This document shows positions 1 through 10,854 of a DNA stretch of 64,000 bases, one piece after another. The notes under the pieces are model-generated. The model worked only from the letters and a program-made list of their open reading frames with translations. It was not told the origin of the DNA and did not search any database. The position numbers and the translations under genes are program-made. Source of the DNA: a candidate division FCPU426 bacterium (GTDB lineage Bacteria > Oederibacteriota > Muellerivitia > Muellerivitales > Muellerivitaceae); assembly GCA_963796105.1 (NCBI GenBank), contig CAWCKJ010000004.1, positions 96,001-160,000 of the forward strand, written 5' to 3'. Positions within the stretch are counted from its first letter, which is position 1. The number at the start of each line of letters is the position of its first letter.

Positions 1-495
1 GCTATTGGAGAACCAATTCCCTAACCGCTGGGAATAAGCGAAACTCCCCTCATATTCCGAGGCGCTGATTTGGTCTCCCACTCCCCCGTAATCCCCCGTG
101 GCTGTTTCCAGGGAGCCCGCGAATGAACCAGTCCCCAAGTAATTAATGGAACCGCCGAAAGCCCCGTCCCTATCCATATTCTGGCTGAAAGCAAAATACT
201 CGCTGTCCACCCCCTGCATCCATTCGCCGTGGGTTAAGTTGAACTCCGTCCCCCGGGCCAGCATCAAACCAGCCGGATTCCAGTACATTGCAGTAGGGTC
301 GTCAGCCACGGCCGTAAAGGCCTCACCCATACCCACCGCACGAGCGCCCATTCCGATTTTCTCTCCGTTCAAGCTGGTACTTCCGGGTCCAGTGGTCTGG
401 GCGGAAAGGAAGGTTGGAATCAGGCTGAGGAAAAGCATTGGAACAATTGAAGCGGCGAATAATTTTAGTTTAGAAGAAGGTATTGCTTTTTTCAT
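1..495 (-). CDS. PorV/PorQ (UPF0164/FadL-like) outer-membrane beta-barrel protein, 3' end beyond window edge
   Basis: Manual translation from ATG 495, open to position 1 (not in the ORF track): signal peptide, then GARAVGMGEAFTAVADDPTAMYWNPAGL, the N-terminal motif of the PorV/PorQ/FadL family. Confidence 0.75.
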   Translation of the reverse strand, partial: MKKAIPSSKLKLFAASIVPMLFLSLIPTFLSAQTTGPGSTSLNGEKIGMGARAVGMGEAFTAVADDPTAMYWNPAGLMLARGTEFNLTHGEWMQGVDSEYFAFSQNMDRDGAFGGSINYLGTGSFAGSLETATGDYGGVGDQISASEYEGSFAYSQRLGNWFSNS

Positions 496-518
496 ACTAT
501 ATCCCGTTAATGTTGAAT

Positions 519-2969
519 TCATTGCATGACCACCAATAACTTTCCTTTTAATAGAACTTGGTCGCCTTTTTTAACGAGGTAATAGTATATTCCGCCTGAA
601 ATCATATTTCCAAAATTATTGCGTCCATCCCATTGGATTAAACCGTTCACTTCCTTCTCGGTATTTACCCATTCCCCTGAAACCGTATAGATTTCCATGG
701 TAGATCCAGCAGGACAAAGGTAGGCCTTTAAAACCCCGTTCACGGCGTAATTGGGGTTGAAGGGATTTGGCCAGACATGCAGGCCGATAGGGGTAGGCGT
801 CGGGGTGATCGTGTTGATGGGCGTGACTGTTGGGGAAGGCGTATCCGTTATGGTGGGCGTGAGGGTTTCTGTCAAGGTGGGGGTCAGGGTTGGACTCGGG
901 GTGGGGGTCGGACTAGGGGTCGGGGTTGAGCTGAAAGTATTAGTTGGAGTCTCTGAAGGTGTCCCCGTAGGGGTAATAGTCGGGGAGTTTGTCGGTGTGG
1001 CAGTAAAACAACTGCCCGTAACGGTTAAGTTAACCGCATTGGATACTGTAACAGGTATGTTATTGGCGCTCATGTTAAATTGGTTGGTAACGGACCCAGG
1101 GCAGGAAACCTGACCCCACCAGGTCAGGGATTGATCCTGGGAGATGAAGGTACCTGGGTTTGACCAGCTTAAAAGAGAGGTCGCAGCGTTAAAAGCAGTC
1201 ACGGTGCCGGAGGATACTCCCCCGAAACCTCCGAAAGAAACGTCAGGGGGAACAGTATCCGTGATGTTGTAATTCACGATGGGTCCAGGCCCAATCACCA
1301 TCAGGTTGGAGTACCAATTCGTGCCAGCGGTGGCATCCCCCTGCCAACCCTGTTGCCAGACACCCGCACAGGCAAATGGTGACGTATCGATATATTGGTA
1401 AGCGTAGGAAGAAGGTTGGGGAGTACCCCGGAGCCAGATCCAAACGCTGAATATTAGGCTACTGCCAGAAGGTTGCACTAAAACTTGGACCGTGTACCAC
1501 TGGCCCGCAACGGCCGTTACAGGCGGGGCATTAGTTCCGTATTGGTTGACATTAGATCCATTGTTTTTTTGGATGTAAAGGTAATCAGGAGAAGAATCGA
1601 GTGATAATCCCACCATATAAGCTTGAGTGACTCCTCCATTGATAGAATAAGCCAAAACCATATCCGCATCCCCGGGTGGACTTGTACCCTGAGCACCTGC
1701 GGCTGTCACAGGAATCTGTATATCGCCTTGCACAACGAAGGGTGCGCATAAATTCAAACCTGGACTGTTTCTCAAAAGGAGAGGGTAAGCTCCGCCAGAA
1801 TTAGCTTGCGGCACCGTTACCGAAAGGAATTGGTTGCTCACCGAGTCCGAATTGACATTCCAGGTTCCGGCGTAACCATTGATGGGTATGTCTGTGTAAT
1901 TAGTCAAATCAAAACCCCAGGCAACCTGTCCCGCCACGGAAATCGTCGAATTGATGGGAACATTGTCATAAGAATCGTACCATTGCAAATTTTGGCCATT
2001 GGCGGTCCAATTCAGCGTGTAGGTGACGTTATTGTTGGCCGCGATGGAATTTGAGGATTCACTCTTGGCCAAGGTGAGTTGGGGAATATGGACCGTCACG
2101 GTCACCGGGCCTGTAAGGCTCGTCCCCAGCGACGTGCTGCCAGTGGCCGTGTTAACCAAAGTGCTTCCCTCTACCGCGGAGGAATTGACCCTGCCCAGCA
2201 CCCAGGCGGCACCTGTCTGGGGGGCGCCAATGGTTCCATAATTCCAAGACACGCTATTTGTTCCGGAATAGTAAGCTCCCGGCAGGCTCGCGGCGACAAA
2301 AGTCATGTTGGGAGGAAGAACATCGTTTATCGCGCAACTGGTGGAATTCACGAAATTATAATCGATATCAAAGAGAATCAGGCTGTCGGGAGCCGCCGTG
2401 CTGACCGCCGCGCTCTTGGAGACGTTGAAGTTGGGGGAAGGAAGTGGGATGTTAAGCGTGGTGCTGATTTGTTGACCAATATTGTTGTTGCATTGCACCC
2501 AATAATCCCCCGCTGCTACGATTAAATTTGTAGATCCAGGTCCGGTATTGGCAGGAATAGTTACATTGAAAACTTGAGTATAAGGGCAAGCGGGAGGTGT
2601 ATTCGGAACATTGGTTCCCCCAAATCCGTTGGCTCCGCAATTAGCAGGCGGTCCAGGATCACAGGCATCCGCGCGGTTAGAGGTCGTCGGATTGCCAGCG
2701 GGAGTATTTGAATCCACCAATAATACTTGATTGTTTGTTGGGCAGGATTGCATCGTTGTGGAATTGGGATTTAGGGCCACCAGGAAAAAGGGTGTTTGGT
2801 TCGCCGTATCGCAATAGACCACCGTAACACCAATAACCGAACCAGGTGAAGGGTTTAAATTGGAAACATAGACATTATCAAAGGTAACCTGAGAAGCCCC
2901 CGCTAAGAAAGGAGCTCCAAGGCTTCCTGTGATCAAAAAAATTAAAAACACTAGCCAGCGGTTTTTCAT
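519..2969 (-). CDS. Secreted surface protein: DUF11-like repeats, beta-sandwich/lectin-like domain, Thr/Pro linker, T9SS-like C-terminal domain
   Basis: Signal peptide from MKNRWLVF (likely start 2969); DUF11-like 'VSKS..AAP..I.F.I.Y..I.D.LP.N.TFV'; TPT linker; C-terminal WPNPFNP..IYTVSGE.V..WDGRN..G..GIYYY. Confidence 0.7.
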   Translation of the reverse strand: MKNRWLVFLIFLITGSLGAPFLAGASQVTFDNVYVSNLNPSPGSVIGVTVVYCDTANQTPFFLVALNPNSTTMQSCPTNNQVLLVDSNTPAGNPTTSNRADACDPGPPANCGANGFGGTNVPNTPPACPYTQVFNVTIPANTGPGSTNLIVAAGDYWVQCNNNIGQQISTTLNIPLPSPNFNVSKSAAVSTAAPDSLILFDIDYNFVNSTSCAINDVLPPNMTFVAASLPGAYYSGTNSVSWNYGTIGAPQTGAAWVLGRVNSSAVEGSTLVNTATGSTSLGTSLTGPVTVTVHIPQLTLAKSESSNSIAANNNVTYTLNWTANGQNLQWYDSYDNVPINSTISVAGQVAWGFDLTNYTDIPINGYAGTWNVNSDSVSNQFLSVTVPQANSGGAYPLLLRNSPGLNLCAPFVVQGDIQIPVTAAGAQGTSPPGDADMVLAYSINGGVTQAYMVGLSLDSSPDYLYIQKNNGSNVNQYGTNAPPVTAVAGQWYTVQVLVQPSGSSLIFSVWIWLRGTPQPSSYAYQYIDTSPFACAGVWQQGWQGDATAGTNWYSNLMVIGPGPIVNYNITDTVPPDVSFGGFGGVSSGTVTAFNAATSLLSWSNPGTFISQDQSLTWWGQVSCPGSVTNQFNMSANNIPVTVSNAVNLTVTGSCFTATPTNSPTITPTGTPSETPTNTFSSTPTPSPTPTPSPTLTPTLTETLTPTITDTPSPTVTPINTITPTPTPIGLHVWPNPFNPNYAVNGVLKAYLCPAGSTMEIYTVSGEWVNTEKEVNGLIQWDGRNNFGNMISGGIYYYLVKKGDQVLLKGKLLVVMQ

Positions 2970-3176
2970 AAGCTTCAGACTTTTAAGTTTATTAAAAATT
3001 TTAACCATTGAAATAAACCACCCGGACAATGAAACGATTGGCCTAAAGGTTTAACATTGTTTTCTGTTTTTATTTGTTTTTTCGGATTATTTTAACCAAA
3101 GTTTGATCATTAGGGGTGAATTTAAAGGATTTTTCGGTTTTATAATTCATTCATAATCAATTCCATCCCATTTTTG

Positions 3177-4865
3177 TTAAGGATTATTTACCAGAAGGAA
3201 CTTCCCACGCTGCAAAACCTGATTTCCCTTCTGAACCGTAAAAAAATAAATGCCCATCGCGGCTTGGGTTCCGAACCGGTTTCTCCCGTCCCATGTAGCT
3301 GTTCCCTGGATTTCTGCCACGGTTTGCACCCATTCCCCTGACACTGTGTATATCCACACCATGGAGCCTTGCGGAAGATATGAAAACTTCAAAACACCTC
3401 CAACGGCGAAATTTGGATTGAAGGGATCGGGCCAGTGGCGAATGGGTGGTGTGGGCGTCGGGGTAATCGTAGGAGTGGATGTGGGCGTGGGAGTCGGGGT
3501 TACTGTGGGCGTGGGAGTGGCGGTAGGAGTAGATGTGGGAGTATCCGTGATAAATAGGACACCTGCCGGATAACCGTAAGCGTCTCTAGTGTCAGATCCA
3601 TATTCAACTAAGCCGAATGGAACAGATCCATTCAGATGATGGTTTCCAGCCGTCACGGTAACCACCGCCCCAGAGTACCCGCTGGAGCCGATAGGGCTGA
3701 AGGCCGCCGCAGGTATGGAAGCCCCATCTAGGACAATTCCTCCGGCCCCTGAGGCGGACACCGTGATGTTCTCGTAATTATAGGTGAACCCCGTAGCAGG
3801 CATGGCGGCCAGGTAGTCCGAGGCGTATTCATTGACAGGTGGAATGGTAATCATGGAAGGATCCCCGACAGCCGCGTTATCCCACAAATGGCCATTGGAA
3901 TACTGCATAACATAGATGGGATAGTTGGAGGATATGGAAGAAGGCGCGGATAGGATTTGTTCCAAGAATTTTCCCCGGTTTAAATTAACGGCTTGGGCTC
4001 CACTCACACTCACATTTGTTCCGTCCTGAGAGGCCAGGACCCGGAATGTATCTCCCGCCCTTCCCGTGATGGGCATGGTGATGAAATTGGTTCCCCACCA
4101 TTGGAGGGGCCATAACTGCTCCACGATGAAATTACAGGTGTAAACCGTGGCCGGGATGTCGGCGCAGGAATTGCTTCCCCACACCGCGACCGGCTGGTTG
4201 GAGTCGATCAGTGTCCCTGTCAAATCGCCTCCCTGATCGCCGTCCTGAAGCTGGTACAGATCCCCCGAATTGAGGGCGACAATGTAAGGGGCTCCTGCGG
4301 TCCTCGTGCTGACCGTCAAAGCGGGGGTAATGGTGACCGATGTGCCATTCTGGATCCCGGCCACAGCGAAACCTGTCGAGACACCCGTGATGGTCTGTGA
4401 GTTGGTATAAGCCAAGGAAATGTAATGGTTTCCCAGCGCGTTAACCGGCAGGCCCAGGTAGCCGTCAGTACTGTGGGGTTCATAGCTGATCCCGTAAACC
4501 GCGACCGGGTTTTGGGAAATCAGATGAATCCCAAGCTGCGTAACTGAGTCGGACACGCCTATTTCAGCCGCGAGGGGAATGGAAAGCACGGTGCTGGAAC
4601 CGGAGGAAACGGTGAAAGAGGTTGAATAGCCAATTCCCGGGATTTGCACCTGTCCGCTGTTGTTGGTTTCGCTGGTAACAAGAAGGCTGTCGAAACGGCC
4701 TGTGTCGGTGTCCAAATGATCCGCCTGGGGAAAGGCCAGCCAGAATTCCGTTCCCAGATTACTGACGGAAGCCAGGGAAGATCTCACGGGCATGATTAAA
4801 ATGAAACAAAATAGAATTGCATAGGGATGGATTTTCAAGGATTTTCGCCCATTCGGATTCCGCAT
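3177..4865 (-). CDS. IgGFc-binding-domain surface protein with Thr/Pro linker and T9SS-like C-terminal domain
   Basis: GTEFWLAF, STDGYLGLPVNALG, GDLTGTLIDSNQPVAV, VEQLWP..WG and GDPSM motifs of the IgGFc_binding domain; C-terminal [23 protein letters not shown]. Confidence 0.8.
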   Translation of the reverse strand: MRNPNGRKSLKIHPYAILFCFILIMPVRSSLASVSNLGTEFWLAFPQADHLDTDTGRFDSLLVTSETNNSGQVQIPGIGYSTSFTVSSGSSTVLSIPLAAEIGVSDSVTQLGIHLISQNPVAVYGISYEPHSTDGYLGLPVNALGNHYISLAYTNSQTITGVSTGFAVAGIQNGTSVTITPALTVSTRTAGAPYIVALNSGDLYQLQDGDQGGDLTGTLIDSNQPVAVWGSNSCADIPATVYTCNFIVEQLWPLQWWGTNFITMPITGRAGDTFRVLASQDGTNVSVSGAQAVNLNRGKFLEQILSAPSSISSNYPIYVMQYSNGHLWDNAAVGDPSMITIPPVNEYASDYLAAMPATGFTYNYENITVSASGAGGIVLDGASIPAAAFSPIGSSGYSGAVVTVTAGNHHLNGSVPFGLVEYGSDTRDAYGYPAGVLFITDTPTSTPTATPTPTVTPTPTPTSTPTITPTPTPPIRHWPDPFNPNFAVGGVLKFSYLPQGSMVWIYTVSGEWVQTVAEIQGTATWDGRNRFGTQAAMGIYFFTVQKGNQVLQRGKFLLVNNP

Positions 4866-4923
4866 GGCAAAATGATACCAAATTAACCCCTAAAACCTAA
4901 AATCCGGACTCAAACTAAAAAGT

Positions 4924-4959
4924 AAAAAAAAAGCCCCCCGTAGGATCTACGGGGGGCTT
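4924..4959 (-). terminator. Intrinsic terminator downstream of glnA
   Basis: Perfect 13-bp stem AAGCCCCCCGTAG-GAT-CTACGGGGGGCTT followed by a U-run on the minus strand, 15 bp after the glnA stop. Confidence 0.85.
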
Positions 4960-4974
4960 GGTCGTCACCCGATA

Positions 4975-6390
4975 TTAGATATCGTGGTAAAGCACGAACT
5001 CGTAAGGATGAGGGCGTAAGCGGATCGGATCGATTTCCTTGGTCTTCTTGAAATTGATCCATTCCTCGATCAGGTCCTCGGTGAAGACCCCGCCTTTCAA
5101 CAGGTACTCGTGGTCTTCCTCCAGCGCCTCCAGCGCCTCCGGTAGTGAGCCCGGGACGTTCTTGACCTTCTTCAACTCGCGCGGCTCCAGGTCGTACAGA
5201 TTGACGTCCATCGGTTTGCCCGGATCGATCTTGTTCTGGATTCCATCCAAACCCGCCAGCAGCATGGCCGGGAAGGCCAGGTACGGGTTGCAGGACGGGT
5301 CCGGTGGGCGGAACTCGACACGCTTGGCTTTCGGGCTCTTGGAGTAAAGCGGGATACGGCAGGCGGCCGAGCGGTTTCTCTGGCTGTAAACCAGGTTGAC
5401 CGGCGCCTCGAAACCCGGGGTCAAACGCTTGTAGCTGTTGACTGTCGGGCAGATGAAAGCGCAAAGCGAGGCGGCGTGCTTCAGAAGGCCGCCGATGTAG
5501 TAAAGACCGGCCTGTGAGAAACCGGCGTAACCTTTCTCGTCGTACATGACATTGGTGCTTCCCTTCCAGATGGACTGATGGACGTGCATGCCCGAGCCGT
5601 TGTCCCCGAAGAGGGGCTTCGGCATGAAGGTAGCCACCATGTTATGGCGACGCGCCACGTTTTTGATCACGTACTTGTACTTCAGGAGCTTGTCGGCCAT
5701 GCTCACCATACTGTCGAACACGATGTCGATCTCGGCTTGTCCGGCCGTGGCCACCTCATGGTGGTGCTTCTCGATCGGCACACCGATCTCCTGCATAAGG
5801 GTGGTCATCTCGGAACGGATGTCCTGCTGGCTGTCATTGGGCGGAACCGGGAAGTACCCTTCCTTATTGCGGATCTTGTAAGCCAGGTTGGGATACTCGT
5901 CGCGGCCCATGTTCCACAGACCCTCCGTGGAATCCACGGAATAATAACCCGCGTTCATGGTCTGGTCGAACTTCATGTCGTTGAACACGAAGAACTCAGC
6001 TTCAGGTCCCCAATAGGAGATATCGGCAATACCTGTTGTCTGTAAGTACTTTTCTGCTTTTTGTGTGACATAACGCGGGTCACGGGAATAAGACTGCCGA
6101 GTGACGGGGTCCACCACGTTACAGATCAAGACGAGGGTGGTAGCCTCAAAGAATGGATCGATGAAGGCCGTGTTAGGGTCCGGTATCAGGAGCATGTCGG
6201 ACTCGTGGATGGCCTGGTATCCGCGAATGGAGGAGCCGTCAAAACCGCTACCGTCCTTGAATACATCCTCATCGAAAAACTTCACGGGCTGGGTCCAATG
6301 CTGCCAGACGCCGGGAAGGTCGATGAAACGTAAATCTACGTATTTCACGTCCTTCTGCTTGATTAAATCCATTACTTCCTTCGGGGTCAT
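4975..6390 (-). CDS. glnA: Glutamine synthetase type I
   Basis: FDGSSIRG, HHHEVATAGQAEI, FMPKP..GDNGSGMHVHQS, RNRSAACRIP and adenylylation site NLYDL; GGAGG RBS. Confidence 0.98.
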   Translation of the reverse strand: MTPKEVMDLIKQKDVKYVDLRFIDLPGVWQHWTQPVKFFDEDVFKDGSGFDGSSIRGYQAIHESDMLLIPDPNTAFIDPFFEATTLVLICNVVDPVTRQSYSRDPRYVTQKAEKYLQTTGIADISYWGPEAEFFVFNDMKFDQTMNAGYYSVDSTEGLWNMGRDEYPNLAYKIRNKEGYFPVPPNDSQQDIRSEMTTLMQEIGVPIEKHHHEVATAGQAEIDIVFDSMVSMADKLLKYKYVIKNVARRHNMVATFMPKPLFGDNGSGMHVHQSIWKGSTNVMYDEKGYAGFSQAGLYYIGGLLKHAASLCAFICPTVNSYKRLTPGFEAPVNLVYSQRNRSAACRIPLYSKSPKAKRVEFRPPDPSCNPYLAFPAMLLAGLDGIQNKIDPGKPMDVNLYDLEPRELKKVKNVPGSLPEALEALEEDHEYLLKGGVFTEDLIEEWINFKKTKEIDPIRLRPHPYEFVLYHDI

Positions 6391-6543
6391 CTTTATTCCT
6401 CCTCAATTTAAGATAAAACTTGTTAAAATTTTCCGCTTTACCGGTTTGGGCCCAAAACATCTTGAATAGGTCCAAGGGGGTTAAAAACCGAAACAGTATA
6501 TCGCCCGGAAAGCCGCCAACAACAAGAAAGCGACACATTTTTA

Positions 6544-6559
6544 AGCAAAAGTCTTGCCA
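6544..6559 (-). promoter_or_regulatory. Sigma54 (-24/-12) promoter for glnA
   Basis: Minus strand TGGCAAGACTTTTGCT matches TGGCAC-N5-TTGCW spacing, ~155 bp upstream of glnA; a sigma54 activator gene is nearby. Confidence 0.85.
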
Positions 6560-6627
6560 GCGAGTGGCGAAAACAATTTTGTTGTTTTTATTATTTCATT
6601 TTCGCATGCTTCTGTATTAAGTGACCC

Positions 6628-6655
6628 TTGAAATAAAGGAATACATAGGTATACT
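6628..6655 (+). promoter_or_regulatory. Sigma70-type transposase promoter
   Basis: TTGAAA-N16-TATACT, conserved in the related IS at 23337-23364. Confidence 0.6.
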
Positions 6656-6676
6656 GTCCGCTACGGGAGGTGGTAC

Positions 6677-7585
6677 ATGAGCTACCAGCGGATGAAAAGC
6701 ATTAAAATTCTGAGGAAAATCCACACGGAAGAAGAAGCCCGCCAATGGGTGTGGAGATGCCGTTTCGGCGGGAAAGACTTTGTTTGTCCCCAATGTGAGG
6801 GCGAAAGCTTCTGGCAACACCAGGCCAAGCCTGAAGTGAGGGAATGTGACTATTGCCGGAAACGTCTTCGGCTTCGCGCCGGGACGATTTTTGAAAGCTC
6901 CAAGCTGCCTCTTTTAACCTGGGTCAGGGCCATCAGTTTGATGATGCAGGGCAAACGGGGTATTTCGGCCCTGGAACTGAAGCGGCATTTAAATCTTTCG
7001 GATCATTCGGCATGGCTTCTATTGCATAAGATCCGGGAAGGTCTTAGGCAAAAGGACGAAAGCTATACTCTAAAGGGCGTCATTGAGTTGGATGGGGCGG
7101 TTTTTGGGAAAAAGGCCAAGGAAAACCAAGTGGAAGTCTTGGTGGCGGTGGAAAGCAAGGAATGGGTGGATGAGAATGGTTGCAAGAAGGAAAAAGCGGG
7201 TTTTGCCAAGGTGAAGGTAGCTATGGAAACCAAGTGGGAGAGCCAGGAATTCGTGAATCAGACTATGGAAAAAGGCTCTTTCCTCAACACAGATGCTTCG
7301 CCAGCCTTGCGTGAACTCAAAGGAGTGGAGGCAGACTACCGGGTGATGGCCAATGACCCGAAAGAGTTGGAAAGTTGGTTGCCCTGGGTACACCGGTTCA
7401 TTTCCAACGCCAAGGCCTGGATCATTGGAACTCATCATGGCGTTGATGCTAAGTATTTAGGCCGGTATCTAAGTGAATATGCCTATCGGTTCAACCGTCG
7501 TCATGATCCCGATTCCTTATTTCACCGTGCTTTGACCGCATGTGCCTTAGCAAAACCCATTACAGCACGGTCACTTTGTGCATAA
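6677..7585 (+). CDS. IS1595-family DDE transposase
   Basis: Zn ribbon CPQC..CDYC, GTIF, IELDG, NTD, HHGV..KYL..YLSEY.YRFNRR. Confidence 0.95.
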   Translation: MSYQRMKSIKILRKIHTEEEARQWVWRCRFGGKDFVCPQCEGESFWQHQAKPEVRECDYCRKRLRLRAGTIFESSKLPLLTWVRAISLMMQGKRGISALELKRHLNLSDHSAWLLLHKIREGLRQKDESYTLKGVIELDGAVFGKKAKENQVEVLVAVESKEWVDENGCKKEKAGFAKVKVAMETKWESQEFVNQTMEKGSFLNTDASPALRELKGVEADYRVMANDPKELESWLPWVHRFISNAKAWIIGTHHGVDAKYLGRYLSEYAYRFNRRHDPDSLFHRALTACALAKPITARSLCA

Positions 7586-7691
7586 GCATACATTTTCGAG
7601 CGGATATTAAGGCATTCTTGGTCAAAAAAAATAAAAACGGGAAATTAGCCTGTAACATTTTATTTCTTAAAACATTATGAGCCAGCGGATT

Positions 7692-9296
7692 TTAGGACAA
7701 AAAGGTAGGTTTATATCCAATTTTGTATTTCTTTAGTCGGTAACCTAACTGTCTCGGGGTGATTCCGAGCAGTTTGCAAGCCCTGGATTGGACCCCTCCG
7801 CATTTTTCCATCGCTTCCATGACTCTCTTCTTCTCCAAGTCCGAGAGTGTTTCCTCTTGGTCGGGGGGATAGCTTGATTTTTCGTCATCCTGTTCCATCA
7901 CGGATCCGAGGGGTGAGGATCCACCAGGACGCAATCCCAAAGGTTGGGGGACCTCTTCGGCGGTGATTTCATTCCCCTTGGCCAAAACCGCCATACGCTC
8001 GATGGTATTTTCCAATTCCCTGACATTCCCTAGCCAGGGATGGTTCACCAACCGTCCCATGGCCTCCGTGGAAATCTGGTAATGAGCGCGATTCTCCCGG
8101 TTGTATTTCTCAAGGAAATATGAAACCAGAAGGGGAATATCCTCCTTGCGGGACCTCAGAGGGGGAAGGAAAATGGGAACCACGTTTAGCCGGTAGTAAA
8201 GATCTTCCCTGAACTTTCCCTCACCAATGGCCTTCTCCAGGTTCCGGTTGGTGGCGGCGATGATCCTCACATCCGAGCTGATGGTTTTGCTGCCCCCCAC
8301 GCGCTCGAACTTCCTTTCCTGAAGAACCCTCAGGAGCTTAACTTGGGTGGAGAGGGTGATGTCCCCCACCTCGTCCAGGAACAAGGAGCCGCCGTCCGCA
8401 AGCTCGAATCTTCCCTTCACCATTTCGGAGGCGCCGGTATAGCTGCCCTTCTCGTGGCCGAACAACTCGCTTTCCAGCAGGGTCTCTGGCAAGGCGGCGC
8501 AGGAGACTTTGATAAAGGGTTTTTGCGCGCGCGGGCTGTTGTAATGGATGGCGCGCGCGATAAGTTCCTTCCCGGTGCCGGACTCACCGCGAATGATGAC
8601 GGTGGTCCGGGTGGGGGCCACTTTTTGCACGCATTTGTAAACTTCCACCATGGACCCGGATTCCCCCACGATATTTTCCAACTTGTACTTACCCTTCAAC
8701 TCAGTCTGGAGCTCGCGGTTCTCCTCCATCAGGCTATCCTTTTCCCGCTGGATCATCTGGTGGAGCTTCAGGTTTTGGCCGATAAGGGAGGCCACGGTGG
8801 AGAGGAGACGGACGTCCTCCTCATAGGAAATATCCGAGTCCTTGAAAAGACGGTCCACCGACAGGACCCCGAGATTCTCGCCCTTGATCTTGATCGGCAC
8901 GCAGAAGAAAGAAATGTTCTGCCTCTTGATGTCTCCGCGGGCTTTGGTGCGGTTGAGGAATAAAGGCTCTTTCCCAATGTCAGGAATGAACATGGGTTCG
9001 CCCTTTTCCATCACCTTCCCCGTGACGCCCTCTCCGATGCGGTATTTACCCCTGGCGATCTCCTCTTTGGTGAGGCCGTGGGCCGCCTCGATGGAAAGCT
9101 GGCCTGTTTTCTTATCGAGGATCGTGACCGTTCCCCGGTTCATATCCAGCAATTGGGAAAGAGACTCCAGAATCTGGTTCAAGGACGATTTGAAATCCAG
9201 GGTGGAAGCCATCTTGTGAGTGATTTCATAAAGGGTGGTGAGTTCCTGGATTTTACGCAGTAATTTCTTTTGGGAATCTTTGGATGGATCAGTCAT
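7692..9296 (-). CDS. NifA-like sigma54 enhancer-binding protein (GAF - AAA+ - Fis HTH)
   Basis: N-terminal GAF ([19 protein letters not shown]), [46 protein letters not shown]-terminal HTH. No nif genes in the window. Confidence 0.9.
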   Translation of the reverse strand: MTDPSKDSQKKLLRKIQELTTLYEITHKMASTLDFKSSLNQILESLSQLLDMNRGTVTILDKKTGQLSIEAAHGLTKEEIARGKYRIGEGVTGKVMEKGEPMFIPDIGKEPLFLNRTKARGDIKRQNISFFCVPIKIKGENLGVLSVDRLFKDSDISYEEDVRLLSTVASLIGQNLKLHQMIQREKDSLMEENRELQTELKGKYKLENIVGESGSMVEVYKCVQKVAPTRTTVIIRGESGTGKELIARAIHYNSPRAQKPFIKVSCAALPETLLESELFGHEKGSYTGASEMVKGRFELADGGSLFLDEVGDITLSTQVKLLRVLQERKFERVGGSKTISSDVRIIAATNRNLEKAIGEGKFREDLYYRLNVVPIFLPPLRSRKEDIPLLVSYFLEKYNRENRAHYQISTEAMGRLVNHPWLGNVRELENTIERMAVLAKGNEITAEEVPQPLGLRPGGSSPLGSVMEQDDEKSSYPPDQEETLSDLEKKRVMEAMEKCGGVQSRACKLLGITPRQLGYRLKKYKIGYKPTFLS

Positions 9297-9519
9297 GGTT
9301 TACCCCATCTCTCGTTTCAAATCCGCGGTCGAATGAAATCTTCTTTCTATAACAAAACAGGATAATAGTCACTTTTAGGGGATTTTCTACATTTATGTCG
9401 AAATACAGTTTTGAAAAGCTTTTTTTAACACTTTCCTTATGCGGTTTTCGTCCAAATTCCGTCGTTTTAACTAACACCGAATTAGCCAAAAAGCTTTGTT
9501 TATGCTAAAAGGGTCCCCT

Positions 9520-10854
9520 ATGAAAACCAATAAAATTTACTTCTTCCTTTTGTTAGCTATGCCTGGTTTGGGACAAGCCCAAACCGCGCTGACTCTGGAT
9601 GACTGTATAAAGGAAGCCACTGCACACAACCGAGACCTTCTGACTGCCATACAAACAGTCAAGGCCGCCGAAAATACCAAAGTAGCCAGCTTGGGACAGT
9701 TTTTCCCACAAATTAATTTGAACGCCTCCCTTTCGAGAAGCGGAGCAGGTGGATTAAATGATGCCTTGAATGGCGACAGTTGGTTAAGTTTTCCTCCCTT
9801 AAGCAACTCCTATCCTGGTCCATATTTATATGAAAATGGGCCTTCTGCATTAGGTTCCAATATTTCCTTGAATGTGCAACAGGACATTTTTTCCGGTTTC
9901 AAGGATTTTGCCGCAGTGGATACTGCCAACGCCCAGTTGGATCAGGCCCGAGCCCAGCTCACCCAGGCTAAGGCCCAGCTTTCTCATGACTTGAAAAGTG
10001 ATTTTTACACCCTTCTTTACACCCAAAAAGAAATTGATCTTCTCAAGGAAATCCTGGACCGGCAAAAATACAACATGGACCTTGTTGAAATGAACTTCAA
10101 GGGAGGCACTGATAACAAGGGATCCTTCTTGCAGGCCCAGGCGGCCTACGAGGAGGCGAAATATGAATTGAGCCAAGCTCAACGAGCATTGAAGGTTGCC
10201 CAACGCCAATTGGCACCCGTCTTGGGCCGTAATGAGTTGGACACAATCTTGGTCCAGGGAGATTTCGACGTCACCACCGCCCCGCCTCCATCGCCTGATT
10301 TTTTAAAACTCGTCCTAGAAACGCCGGCCCATCTGGAATCCCTGGCCCAATTGCACCTCTCCGAAAGCGGTTATGTCACCGCCCGGGGAGCTTTTCTTCC
10401 GACCCTATCGGCTAACGCCTCGCTCTCAAGAAGCGCGTGGGACTCTGGGGGGAATCAGCCTGGTTGGTCGGCGGGACTTCAATTGAGCCTCCCCCTCTTT
10501 ACCGGCGGCAAGGATTGGTTTGACCTTCAAAGCGCTGAGGAATTGAAAAAAGGAGCGCAATACACGTTGCAAAGCACGGACATGAAGACGGAAAGCAGCC
10601 TGGAAAACGCCTTCGCCTCCTATCAGGATTCCTTCGAGCAAATCGGTGTCTTGCAGACCCAGCTGACAGCCGCACAAACTCAGGAGGAAATCGCCAAGGC
10701 CGAATATTTGAACGGCCTTCTCATTTTCGTGAACTGGAACCAGATCGAAGACGCATTAACCACCCAGGAAAAATCCAAACTTTCAGGATTTTTAAGCCTA
10801 GAAACTGCCAAGGCCAATTGGGAATTAACCGAAGGAAAGGGAGTGATACCATGA
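9520..10854 (+). CDS. TolC-family outer-membrane efflux protein
   Basis: Signal peptide; LTLDDCIKEA..HN, FFPQINL, FLPTLSANAS, LSLPLFTGG OEP repeats; stop overlaps the downstream MFP start (ATGA). Confidence 0.9.
   Translation: MKTNKIYFFLLLAMPGLGQAQTALTLDDCIKEATAHNRDLLTAIQTVKAAENTKVASLGQFFPQINLNASLSRSGAGGLNDALNGDSWLSFPPLSNSYPGPYLYENGPSALGSNISLNVQQDIFSGFKDFAAVDTANAQLDQARAQLTQAKAQLSHDLKSDFYTLLYTQKEIDLLKEILDRQKYNMDLVEMNFKGGTDNKGSFLQAQAAYEEAKYELSQAQRALKVAQRQLAPVLGRNELDTILVQGDFDVTTAPPPSPDFLKLVLETPAHLESLAQLHLSESGYVTARGAFLPTLSANASLSRSAWDSGGNQPGWSAGLQLSLPLFTGGKDWFDLQSAEELKKGAQYTLQSTDMKTESSLENAFASYQDSFEQIGVLQTQLTAAQTQEEIAKAEYLNGLLIFVNWNQIEDALTTQEKSKLSGFLSLETAKANWELTEGKGVIP

Larger units (their letters stand above)
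6605..7590 (+). mobile_element. IS1595-family element (ISSod11-like), 986 bp
   Basis: Imperfect 22-bp TIRs CATGCTTCTGTATTAAGTGACC / TATGCTTATGCACAAAGTGACC; 8-bp target duplication CATTTTCG at 6597-6604 and 7591-7598. Confidence 0.9.

Noticed and set aside
146..529. 127-aa plus-strand ORF
   Set aside because: Antisense to the PorV-like gene, which has a recognisable motif.
7692..9296. Calling the activator nifA / nitrogen fixation
   Set aside because: No nif genes in the window, and no TGT-N10-ACA site found in the glnA upstream intergenic DNA.
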